Shown here: positions 18,564-27,075 of the stretch, one piece after another
How positions within the stretch are numbered: the stretch's first letter is position 1
Layout of the letters: each line of letters begins with the position of its first letter
Source: a bacterium
Lineage (GTDB): Bacteria; Hinthialibacterota; Hinthialibacteria; OLB16
DNA: 64,000 bases
Reading direction: 5' to 3'
Assembly: GCA_022072055.1 (NCBI GenBank)
Contig: JAJVIK010000008.1
Span: 296,111 to 360,110, forward strand
Notes under the pieces: model-generated
What the model saw: the letters and a program-made list of their open reading frames with translations, nothing else
The model's database searches: none
What the model was told of the DNA's origin: nothing
Position numbers and translations under genes: made by a program

Positions 18564-20219
18564 TCAGCGATTGGAACCGACGGCCTTTCTGAGCATGTAG
18601 ACGGCGTCACCGGAATCGACTCGACCGTCGCCGTTGCAGTCGCCGGAGGCGACCTCTCGAACCCTCAATTGGACTTGTTCTTGGTCGGCGCTGTGACGCA
18701 GGGCGCGGATCGCGTCGCCGGAATCGACTTCACCGTCGCAGACCAGGTCTCCGAGACGGCGACCCCCGGCAACCGTCGCCTGCTCCCTCACCTCGAACCG
18801 GCGCTCTTCTCCCACCGGACCGAGGCCCAGGACCCGACCGTCCTGCCCGAGGGACAGTTCCCGGACTCTCCAGGTGTACTGCCCCAATCCGGGAATCTCG
18901 GTCTCCCAAGTCGCTCCCCTGCAGTGGCGGAAAGCAATCCGGTTTTGGGTGGCATCGCTCACCGACACCAGCGACAGACCTTCCGTTGCGCCTCGATTCC
19001 AGGCGAAGGCAACCGCCGCTTGAGGCCCCGGGAACTCCGTCTGGTTCTCAGCTGAAAGAAGCGTCACCGGATCCCCCATCTCGGGAGGCTCAAGGACTTC
19101 TCCGATCGTGAAATGCCAGGTTTCGGAAAATTCCGTTGGGAGGAGATCCTCCCCATCTTGGATGATGGCTCGGACCTTCCAGCTGTAGCGTTCGTCGAGG
19201 ACCGCTTCGGGAACCACCAGCACATAGCTGGTGGCGTCAGTGAGGATGCTTGTCGGCGGATCCGTAATGCCGTGATGGACCGGGCCCATGGGGTCGCCCC
19301 CCATGGGAGGATCCGCCACCCTGAACTTGATTTCGTAATACACCGCAGTTGGAACTTCGGTCCAACTGAATTCCCCTAAGAGCCCATCCGGGGTTGGGTT
19401 GAGGACAGCCTCATCCGGCGGCGAGATCAATTGGGGCGGTTCCACCGCCGTGGTGACCGGCCCCCAGCAGGCCCCATGGTCTCCGCCATAGTTGTAGTCA
19501 AACTGGATCGGGTCGCACCATTCGCCGGGACCCTCCGCGCCGATCGCGCGCACTCGCAACCGATAGGCGCCCTCCCCGCGATTCGATCCATAACGAGGCC
19601 CCGATCCGACCGCCGTCTGAAATCTCCAGGCCTCACCGCTCACGATTCGGTATTCGGGACCGTTGGAGGTCTCCAGGCAGATTTGGTATTGGAAGGCGCC
19701 GGGCGATCGCCTCCAGCGAAACTCATAGTTGTTGCCCTCAACCAGGTCGTAGCCATCAGCCGGGAACAAGACCTCCGGCTTGCTCGGACCGGGTCCGCCG
19801 GGTGTGATGTCACGGGCTACCGTGAAATACCGGATTTCACTCCACGGTCCGAAGGTGGCATTCTGATGCTTGTGGATGGTGTCCGGATCGGCGTACAGGC
19901 ACCGCACCTCCCAGCCGAAAGTTCCTTCCTCGGAAGTCCCGAAACTCAGGCGATCATGCCGGGCAAAGAGGATGTAGCTTTCAAATTCAAAGGAGGTGGC
20001 GGAAATTCTCACCTCGTAGGCCCATGCGTCCGCCACGGCCTCCCACTTCAGAAACAGCATGCTCGGGCCCGGCCCCAACGCCACATAACCATCCGGCGGA
20101 GAGAGCAAGACCGGCGCGGTTTCATCCGCGATGGCGCGGGTCGGGAGCCAGACCACCATGGCCCAGATTCCGGCGGCCCATGCGATTCCTTTCTTGGCAC
20201 GACTGCTTGCTTTCCACAT
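18564..20219 (-). CDS. secreted protein with about 4 FN3-like repeats and a canonical two-repeat dockerin at the C-terminus
   Basis: Repeats of the form LLSPPDG...W..V..A..YEVRIS. C-terminal GDLVCDGEVDSGDAIRALRHS ... GDCNGDGRVDSGDAVYMLRKAVG has two Ca-loop + helix segments, as in type-I dockerins. Confidence 0.6.
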   Translation of the reverse strand: MWKASSRAKKGIAWAAGIWAMVVWLPTRAIADETAPVLLSPPDGYVALGPGPSMLFLKWEAVADAWAYEVRISATSFEFESYILFARHDRLSFGTSEEGTFGWEVRCLYADPDTIHKHQNATFGPWSEIRYFTVARDITPGGPGPSKPEVLFPADGYDLVEGNNYEFRWRRSPGAFQYQICLETSNGPEYRIVSGEAWRFQTAVGSGPRYGSNRGEGAYRLRVRAIGAEGPGEWCDPIQFDYNYGGDHGACWGPVTTAVEPPQLISPPDEAVLNPTPDGLLGEFSWTEVPTAVYYEIKFRVADPPMGGDPMGPVHHGITDPPTSILTDATSYVLVVPEAVLDERYSWKVRAIIQDGEDLLPTEFSETWHFTIGEVLEPPEMGDPVTLLSAENQTEFPGPQAAVAFAWNRGATEGLSLVSVSDATQNRIAFRHCRGATWETEIPGLGQYTWRVRELSLGQDGRVLGLGPVGEERRFEVREQATVAGGRRLGDLVCDGEVDSGDAIRALRHSADQEQVQLRVREVASGDCNGDGRVDSGDAVYMLRKAVGSNR

Positions 20220-20244
20220 TTTCCTAAATCCTCCCTTTCTCGAT

Positions 20245-21000
20245 TTAGGCCGCCGTATCCTTGCCGCCTATGCCCGAAAGCGGCATGGGAATGGTTCTTA
20301 AGTCCACTTCAACCTCGCTTCCATCCACTCGGTACGCCCTCGCCTCTCGGATTGAGAGCGTGGGTGTTTCTCCTTCGCTTTGTGTTCGAACCGGGATCTC
20401 CAGGATCGGCGCGAGCCCGCTCATTGGGACACCCTGTCCCGCCGCCATGGACACTCGGATCATTCCGTCGCCGACCTTGCTTTCCATCAGGAACCCGCGG
20501 TTGACCTCACCGAGCTTGACCGGATCGGGACTGAGGGTCCTCATGTCATAGACAAGAACCAGATCAAGCGCCGCGATCTCCTCTTTGGCCTCCGCGGCGA
20601 TCCCAAAACCGGTGATGGGCGCAAGGACCGGTGGGGTTTGAAGCCGGACAATTCCAAGGATCAGCAGTGTGGCGCAAACACCCGCGGCGAAGGCCATCCG
20701 CGGTGGACTGGCGAACAATCCGCCTAGCGTGAGCCGCTTCCCGGGATCCCTCGATCCCTTGGTCAAGTCCTCTCGGACCAGGGTCCCGCGGATATCCCGC
20801 AGCAGGGTCTTGGGGGGCGGGACATGCCGGAAGCTTGTCACCAGATTCGATGTACGCCGCATCTCCTGGTACTCCTTCCGGCAGGAAGGACAGATCTCGA
20901 GATGACCGTTCAGCCAGACCTTCTCTTCCTCGGCCAGCTCGTCATCCACCGCCGCCGACACCAGGTCGAGGTCGCATTCCGACGGATTCTTCGTGTGCAT
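20245..21000 (-). CDS. anti-sigma factor (zf-HC2, single TM) whose extracytoplasmic domain is cohesin-like
   Basis: N-terminal C-x22-H-x3-C-x2-C (ECDLDLV...NGHLEICPSC) and a TM segment (AFAAGVCATLLILGIV). The C-terminal part, LVLVYDMRTL...GMIRVSMAAGQGVP...LSIREARAYRVDGSE, aligns with the cohesin-like domains of the four downstream proteins. Confidence 0.7.
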   Translation of the reverse strand: MHTKNPSECDLDLVSAAVDDELAEEEKVWLNGHLEICPSCRKEYQEMRRTSNLVTSFRHVPPPKTLLRDIRGTLVREDLTKGSRDPGKRLTLGGLFASPPRMAFAAGVCATLLILGIVRLQTPPVLAPITGFGIAAEAKEEIAALDLVLVYDMRTLSPDPVKLGEVNRGFLMESKVGDGMIRVSMAAGQGVPMSGLAPILEIPVRTQSEGETPTLSIREARAYRVDGSEVEVDLRTIPMPLSGIGGKDTAA

Positions 21001-21035
21001 CGTCGTTCCTCCCGACTGTGAGGGAGTCCCTTCCG

Positions 21036-21614
21036 CTACAGGATCTCCGCCAACGGACTCAGTTGCTTTCGCAACGCCTGACGGGCGCGTCGCAGACGAC
21101 TGCGGACAGTCTCCAACGGGATTTGCTCCAACTCGGCAATTTCGGCGTAGGAAAGACCCTCGATGTCGCGCAACACCACAGGCGTGCGATAGATGGGATC
21201 CAGGTTGGCCAAAGCCTGTTCCACCTGTTCCACGGTTTCTCTCTCCTCCAAGGCGTCGCGCGGGGACACGACTGTTTCCTCGGGAACGCTAAGTTCGATC
21301 TCGGACCAATCGCTCTCTTCATCGAGAGCGGACCTCCCGGAGCGCGTCTTGTATTTCCTATGATCGAAATGCAGGTTTGTGAGGATTCTTCGGAGCCAAG
21401 CGTGGATGGTTGCTCCATTTCGGCAGCTTGCATTGGACGAAATCGCGCGTAGGGCGGTGGATTGGAGGAGGTCTCGGGCTTCTTCTTCCGATCCGGTGAG
21501 CCGGAAGGCCAGGTTGTAGAGGGGGGGAGCGTGCCGCTCAAAAAGGTCCCCAAAAGCCTGGACATCACCTTTTCTCCATTTTTCCCAAAGAATTTGATCC
21601 ACTTCCGCGCCCAT
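21036..21614 (-). CDS. ECF (sigma-70 family group IV) RNA polymerase sigma factor
   Basis: Region 2 (FERHAPPLYNLAFRLTG), region 4 (LRDIEGLSYAEIAELEQIPLETVRSRLRRARQAL). Immediately upstream of the anti-sigma gene. Confidence 0.85.
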   Translation of the reverse strand: MGAEVDQILWEKWRKGDVQAFGDLFERHAPPLYNLAFRLTGSEEEARDLLQSTALRAISSNASCRNGATIHAWLRRILTNLHFDHRKYKTRSGRSALDEESDWSEIELSVPEETVVSPRDALEERETVEQVEQALANLDPIYRTPVVLRDIEGLSYAEIAELEQIPLETVRSRLRRARQALRKQLSPLAEIL

Positions 21615-21835
21615 CGGTCGGACTCCTTGGCTTCAGTCCCTGGCGCCTTCACTAATAGAAGACGACAATTCCGGCGGGCGGTGTTCAAATTCCTCCTTGG
21701 GGGCATGCAGGCTTCGAGCCAAGTGGGATTGGCCGGAGCCGACGCCAGTCCAGTGTCCATCTTCGCTCACCCTTTGGGTCGGGATGGCGGATCAGTGATT
21801 GCGGGAGGTTTGGGCTGTGTGAGGGGCTATTGGGT

Positions 21836-22363
21836 TTAGCGGGGGATTCGCGATGCTCGCCAGGCGAGCGCCTTGGCTTCCTGTTCCTTGATGAAAGCGT
21901 CTTTTCCATCCATGTAGGCTTGGATGTCCGAGGAGTGTTCCCGCGCGAGGAGCTGTTTGAGTTCGCTGTATCGCTGAGCCGCCTCGGGGTGGGTAATCAT
22001 GTAATCCCGGAACGCGAGATGACGTTCAATTTCCGGGCTGTGAGCCGCGAAGGCATGGACCTGGTGGGTTCTTTCCCCCGATGCGCTGTCCTTGCGGAAA
22101 TACCTGCGGCCCGGAATCCCGAATTCGCCCTTGGCCTCGTATCCGAGGCATTGCATGGAGGAGCTACGTGAATCAAGCTCGTCGATATCACGGACCTCCA
22201 TTAGGATGTCGATGATCGGTTTGGCGGAGATTCCCGGAATCGCGGTGCTGCCGATGTGATGGAGGCGCAGGACGAGGTCGCCCACCGCATCACGGATGAG
22301 TTGGGCTTCGGTCTCAAACTCGCAAGCCCACGCGGGGTCATGTGGGGCGACAATGACTTTCAT
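21836..22363 (-). CDS. GrpB-family protein (UPF0157)
   Basis: Full-length similarity to the GrpB/dephospho-CoA-kinase-associated family (HHIGSTAIPGISAKPIIDIL). Confidence 0.75.
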   Translation of the reverse strand: MKVIVAPHDPAWACEFETEAQLIRDAVGDLVLRLHHIGSTAIPGISAKPIIDILMEVRDIDELDSRSSSMQCLGYEAKGEFGIPGRRYFRKDSASGERTHQVHAFAAHSPEIERHLAFRDYMITHPEAAQRYSELKQLLAREHSSDIQAYMDGKDAFIKEQEAKALAWRASRIPR

Positions 22364-22422
22364 CGGGGAGTGCCGCTCGGATTCTCATACCATACTTCAA
22401 ATCCATCAATCGCTCCTACCCA

Positions 22423-23469
22423 CTAGTTCCTTGGGATCAGCAGGTCCACCAGCAGAACACGATGGTCCGAGATATCCGCGCGATGGACTGAGGCCGAGGC
22501 AACCGTAACATCTTCCGTAACCCAGCACTGATCAATTCGGGAGACAGGAAACTGGTTCGTGATGGTCCGCCCCCAACCGACACCGCGGATAAGCCAGACA
22601 TCCGATAGAAATTCCCTGAGTGGATCGAGTGACCATTGGCTTGCGGGCGTGTTGAAGTCACCCGCCACAATAGAGGAGGGGTTGCCCGTTTCGGCCATCT
22701 GAGCCTGGATCAGTTTCGCCAAACGACCGAATTGTCCCACTCTCTCTTTGTGCCGTCGGACCAGATACTCCCGCTTGTCCCGGGAAAGAGGATTGAGGAC
22801 CAGAGAGGGGACCGCGAGGTGGACATTCGCGAGGAGAAAAGTGCTGCCAGTGGCGGGTTGTACACTGACAATCTGGACCGGCGGCCAGGGACCTACCGGT
22901 TCGGTCGCGAGTGGTTTGAGAGGGTAGCGGGAGAGGATTCCGCAATCCCCCGCATCGAGCCAGTGGAATCCCTTCCAGTATCCCTCGAAGTTTCCCTGCT
23001 CGAGGGTCGGGTCCTGATCCGGAGTCTCTTGAAACAAACAGATGTCGGGTTCATATCCGGCGAGGAATTCCAGACAGCGCGATTGCGCGGACAAGGTCCC
23101 GCTCACATTCCAGGAGGTCAATCGGATACCGATCTCCGCAGTTTCAGCGGAACCCTTCGCACGCGCAGAATCGAGTCGGACGTGAAGGGAGTTTTCCTGA
23201 CTTCGGAACAGCGAGGCCCATTCCTCCGTGCTCCCAAGGAACAGGGCCCAAAGAGAAAAGAGGATCACGCTCTGACGCTTTCCGGCTGCAAAACAAACAA
23301 CCAGAAGGGGAATTAGGAACGCATATGCCCACAGAATCGGAGGCCAGATGGTAAGGTATTCCCCCCACACTGTTCCATCGCCGACAAACAAGTAGAGGAC
23401 GTTGAGGAAAACGAGGGCGCTCCCGACAAGGGCCGAGAGGACAGTTCTCCACCTGCCCACGATGTTCAT
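22423..23469 (-). CDS. membrane-anchored endonuclease/exonuclease/phosphatase (EEP) family protein
   Basis: N-terminal TM helices, then an EEP fold (ICLFQETPD ... VGDFNTPASQW ... DHRVLLVDL). Confidence 0.7.
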   Translation of the reverse strand: MNIVGRWRTVLSALVGSALVFLNVLYLFVGDGTVWGEYLTIWPPILWAYAFLIPLLVVCFAAGKRQSVILFSLWALFLGSTEEWASLFRSQENSLHVRLDSARAKGSAETAEIGIRLTSWNVSGTLSAQSRCLEFLAGYEPDICLFQETPDQDPTLEQGNFEGYWKGFHWLDAGDCGILSRYPLKPLATEPVGPWPPVQIVSVQPATGSTFLLANVHLAVPSLVLNPLSRDKREYLVRRHKERVGQFGRLAKLIQAQMAETGNPSSIVAGDFNTPASQWSLDPLREFLSDVWLIRGVGWGRTITNQFPVSRIDQCWVTEDVTVASASVHRADISDHRVLLVDLLIPRN

Positions 23470-23607
23470 GGTCCTAATATGGTTCCCTCTCTCACATATC
23501 GAATGTCGACTTCCATCACGCCCATCCGGAGGTTCGCCGCCCAGAATGGTGGAAACACTGAGCGAATCCGGATCCCCTCCCGCGCACGGGAGGGATCGGG
23601 GGAGGGT

Positions 23608-24723
23608 TTACTTCAACCGCCATCCGCCGGCGTCCGCCTCCACCGCCCTGTGACCCTTGTTCTCTTCATACACCGCGTGCATCTCCTCAATCGTGTCGAA
23701 GTAGCCCACGATGTGCGCCGCGCTGAAGGATTCCCCCGCCCGGATCGGTTTGCCGTACACCTCCTCGATCATCACAATGATTCCCCCGGGGCGTTGGCTG
23801 CACCAGGCCTCATACACCACTGAAGGATCAAGTGTCAGTCCGGCCAGCCAGGGTCCCTCCTTGCCGCTCCCCTTGTCGCGCAGGTGGTAAGCGCGGATGA
23901 AGGTCTTCGGCGTTTGGTGGGTGTCGCGCCGATATCCGAACTTGAGATCGGGTGGGAAGGGTTCGAAGAATTCGTGCGCGGGGATGCGTACACCTTTTGG
24001 GCCGCTCAGGTAACTCAGATAGATCTCGCTGAAGGTGTCTCCCTTGTCGTGACGGATGCAGCCCGGGGTGTCGTTGCGCAGGAACATCTCGTCGGAATCG
24101 TTGACCGTGTCGATCTTGTCCATCAACACGAAATAGCGCTTGCCCTTGGGGAACACAATCAGCTGGGTCCAACGCGAACCGGGCTTCCGTCCTGGGGCGG
24201 CATATTCGTAATTGTAAGTTGTCTTGACCGCGACAAAGTCGGCGCCCCGGATGACCTCGGGTTGGACCGGTTTCATCCGGTGGCAAAGTTGGGGGCCTTC
24301 GACCATGCGCTTGCGATGGCTGGAGCCGTGAGCCATGAGGGCGTAGTGGCGACGCTCCGGGTCGGTTTCGTTCTCATGCCAGGTGTAGCGCCCGACCCCA
24401 TGCCCATCGGGGGCGATTACCTGATCGCTCCAATCCGCGTCGCTCCCGGCCTCCATCAGCCAATCGATGACCATGAGCCCATCGCCCACCTCGCGGAACC
24501 CGGTGGTCTTGTCGAGAAAGGAGCCTTTCTCAATCCCGGTCATCCAGTGCTTGGGATCCTTCTTGGGAATCACGGCCTCCAGCAGATCGCTCTCAATCTT
24601 GATGGCGCGGTCGTCCTCGATCGCCCGCACCCAAGAGTCGGCGAAGCAGGGGGATGTGAAGGCAAAGAGGATGAAAAAGGTGATGAGAATGGTCATGGGG
24701 GCGTCCTTTGGGGGGAAACACAT
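23608..24723 (-). CDS. secreted hypothetical protein
   Basis: 371-aa ORF with a clear signal peptide (MTILITFFILFAFTSPCFA). No family recognised by eye. Confidence 0.5.
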   Translation of the reverse strand: MCFPPKDAPMTILITFFILFAFTSPCFADSWVRAIEDDRAIKIESDLLEAVIPKKDPKHWMTGIEKGSFLDKTTGFREVGDGLMVIDWLMEAGSDADWSDQVIAPDGHGVGRYTWHENETDPERRHYALMAHGSSHRKRMVEGPQLCHRMKPVQPEVIRGADFVAVKTTYNYEYAAPGRKPGSRWTQLIVFPKGKRYFVLMDKIDTVNDSDEMFLRNDTPGCIRHDKGDTFSEIYLSYLSGPKGVRIPAHEFFEPFPPDLKFGYRRDTHQTPKTFIRAYHLRDKGSGKEGPWLAGLTLDPSVVYEAWCSQRPGGIIVMIEEVYGKPIRAGESFSAAHIVGYFDTIEEMHAVYEENKGHRAVEADAGGWRLK

Positions 24724-25013
24724 AGTTCCGGATTAAGATTTATGCAAACAGTTCGTCCTCTATCAGTTTCAGGTTCTTGTTAACGTAGAACATGTCCGGC
24801 TCTTCTCTCGCCGCGCGGGACCTAATGCGGAAATCCGGATTCTTAGTACTACAATGCTATAGTCGCCTCGGGCAGCATTTAGCGCGGCGCAAGTCGACGC
24901 CAGCGCAGCGTAGATCGCGCAGGCGCTTTTTTCTGTGCGAGCGCGCGGCCTTGGCGTTTTGGTGTTGATGGTAAAGGATCTCCTCGTACGCCTGCTGGAG
25001 GAGTCGGCTTTGT

Positions 25014-25373
25014 TCATGCGGCGATCGGTTCGGATCGAGCTGCGTCTCGATCGCGCGTCTGAGTTGCGAGGGGGTCCAGGCCGAGTTTTTTTTCTCGGAA
25101 CCATTTGGTCTGTTCGGCCAAGAAGTAGAAGCTGATCATCGACAAGATCAAATGCCGAATCCCCGCCTCCAACGCCATCGGCTCCACGCTTTTCCATGGC
25201 GGGTTGCTCAACTGACCGTTCACATAGGCCCTCAAATGCTTGCACGTCCGAGGGTCCTTGATACACCCGTCGAACTTGCGACAAAACCGCCGCAAATCCT
25301 CCCCACGAACTTGCTCGCTTCCCTCTCCATCCCCCATTCCCATTGATTTACAATGGTTTTTCGGCGCAAACAC
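25014..25373 (-). pseudogene. transposase remnant (ISAs1/IS4-like N-terminal DDE_Tnp_1-associated region only)
   Basis: 119 aa with ...IKDPRTCKHLRAYVNGQLS...WFREKKLGL, resembling the N-terminal domain that precedes the DDE domain in ISAs1-type transposases. No catalytic domain follows. Confidence 0.35.
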
Positions 25374-25396
25374 GCCGCGGGTTTAGCGCTGTCGTA

Positions 25397-26380
25397 TTAG
25401 AGGCCTCCATCGATCCTTCTCAGATACTGCAATGCTTTTTGATGGCCTGGTTCCAATTCGAGCACCTTCTCCCAGAATCTCCTGGCCATCTTTGCATTTC
25501 CTAATCTGTAGTGGCAGCCGCCGGTATAGAAGTTCGCTTCGACATGATCGGGATGCCGTCTTAGGATCGACGCGAATGTCTCAACAGCATTCTCATAGTC
25601 CTCCTCCCTTGCCCTCTCAAGACCATCCCGCAGGAGTTCTTCCACGGAGGGCAGAGTGTGGGATAGAGTCGCAATCCCAGTACGAGCTCCCTCTTCTTGT
25701 CGGCGTTTTTCTTCTTCGGCGCGACGTCTCTGTTCCTCGACACGGCGTTTCTCTTCCTCCGCCCGCCGACGTTCCGCTTGGTTGGGGACAGGCACCAACT
25801 TTACTTCGAGCATTTCCAGATCGAACTCGATATTGCCCATGCACGCTATACTGATGGCTAACTGTTTATAGTCGTGTTTGTTAAATGACCACGGACTTAC
25901 GCATGTTGTTACTTTCATCGGTGGCTTGAAGTGGCCAGCTTTAAACAAGGCATTGATGTCGTCCTCCGAGAGGTCATTCCTCTCACCGATGAGCAGGGCC
26001 GTAGCATGATCAGACGCAATCAACACGCGCTTGGTGGGCAAACCCTCCATGCCTGCGGAGGAAATGACTACGACAAGGTTGTATCCGGTTGCCTCAGTTC
26101 TGCCATGCCAGAACAGTAAGTCTCTGCCCGGAAACTGCTGCTTTAGAAAGGCTTTCCATTTATCGCCGCTACTGAATTGCTCAGTCCGTAGTGCAATTCC
26201 GTGTTCCTCATTCCAGGCTAACAAATCGCCATTAAAGCCAAGCGCTTTGTCAGCTTCTGGCAGTAACGCCTTTGGGGGGATCACATGAACCAAACCTGGT
26301 TCACTCTTGTTAAGACGCCCTTGGCCAGTCAAGTCAGTGATAAACAAGAGCGCTGTCTCAATCTGTTGTTTGTTCGGCAC
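25397..26380 (-). CDS. hypothetical protein with charged coiled-coil (RRRAEEEKRR repeats) and C-terminal TPR repeats
   Basis: 327-aa ORF. TPR-like C-terminus (AVETFASILRRHPDHVEANFYTGGCHYRLGNAKMARRFWEKVLELEPGH). Confidence 0.5.
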   Translation of the reverse strand: MPNKQQIETALLFITDLTGQGRLNKSEPGLVHVIPPKALLPEADKALGFNGDLLAWNEEHGIALRTEQFSSGDKWKAFLKQQFPGRDLLFWHGRTEATGYNLVVVISSAGMEGLPTKRVLIASDHATALLIGERNDLSEDDINALFKAGHFKPPMKVTTCVSPWSFNKHDYKQLAISIACMGNIEFDLEMLEVKLVPVPNQAERRRAEEEKRRVEEQRRRAEEEKRRQEEGARTGIATLSHTLPSVEELLRDGLERAREEDYENAVETFASILRRHPDHVEANFYTGGCHYRLGNAKMARRFWEKVLELEPGHQKALQYLRRIDGGL

Positions 26381-26553
26381 AGCTGACCTCCCCTTGACCT
26401 GCCCCCATGAATGGTATTGACTGGGATGTCCGGAAAGCCTGCCCGGATTTCCTTGACAAGTTCGGAGTACCGCCTGCCGTTTGCAGAAGATTCCACCAGG
26501 TCAATGGCTTTCTTGATTATCTTTTCTGTACTGGTCATGCCTATTTGTCTCAT
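26329..26553 (-). CDS. small winged-helix-like ORF, possibly the frameshifted N-terminus of the downstream gene
   Basis: 74 aa (TSTEKIIKKAIDLVESSANGRRYSELVKEIRAGFPDIPVNTIHG). Overlaps the next ORF by 52 nt in another frame. Confidence 0.3.
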   Translation of the reverse strand: MRQIGMTSTEKIIKKAIDLVESSANGRRYSELVKEIRAGFPDIPVNTIHGGRSRGGQLCRTNNRLRQRSCLSLT

Positions 26554-26704
26554 AAAACTTCAATTCTGTCCAACCTCGGAATAATCAATCAATCTCCAAA
26601 TCCCCCCCTTTCACGGCGTCCTCAATTATTCCACCCTTGCGGATCATATGCGACAAGACCGGGCGGTGTCTATCAGAAACCTGCCGGCCTTTCGTGCCCA
26701 AATA

Positions 26705-26902
26705 TCATTTCCCCCTTCTCCCCACCGTTTTCTCCTCCTCCACCTTTAGCGGATGCTCCTTCGCGTCTTTGGCTTGCTCTTTCCATTGCTCGGCCACTGC
26801 GATGGCCTCCGGGCAGCCGACCATGCCATCGCCATCCACATCGAGGACCTGGGTTTGAGCGGTGAAAACAACCAGGATGGAAACGAGGCTCAAGTGTTTC
26901 AT
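26705..26902 (-). CDS. 65-aa secreted mini-protein with a single dockerin-like Ca-loop motif
   Basis: GGAGGTG SD 5 nt before the ATG. MKHLSLVSILVVFTAQTQVLDVDGDGMVGCPEAIAVAEQWKEQ... consists of a signal peptide plus the same D-x-D-G-x-V...W-K/R-Q motif found at the C-termini of the large secreted proteins. Confidence 0.45.
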   Translation of the reverse strand: MKHLSLVSILVVFTAQTQVLDVDGDGMVGCPEAIAVAEQWKEQAKDAKEHPLKVEEEKTVGRRGK

Positions 26903-27075
26903 TCCGACACCTCCAAACGCTAGATTTGGTGGGCGGTCAGGCGGGTTTGCGGAATCGCGCATTGTCTACATGCGCGCGCGTCCATTAAGATACACCGAGT
27001 TCTGGTGAAGTGTAGATGTCGTCAACAGGGAGAGCAAGGAGAGTGGCGGACTCTTCGAGCCATGGTCCTTGGCGC

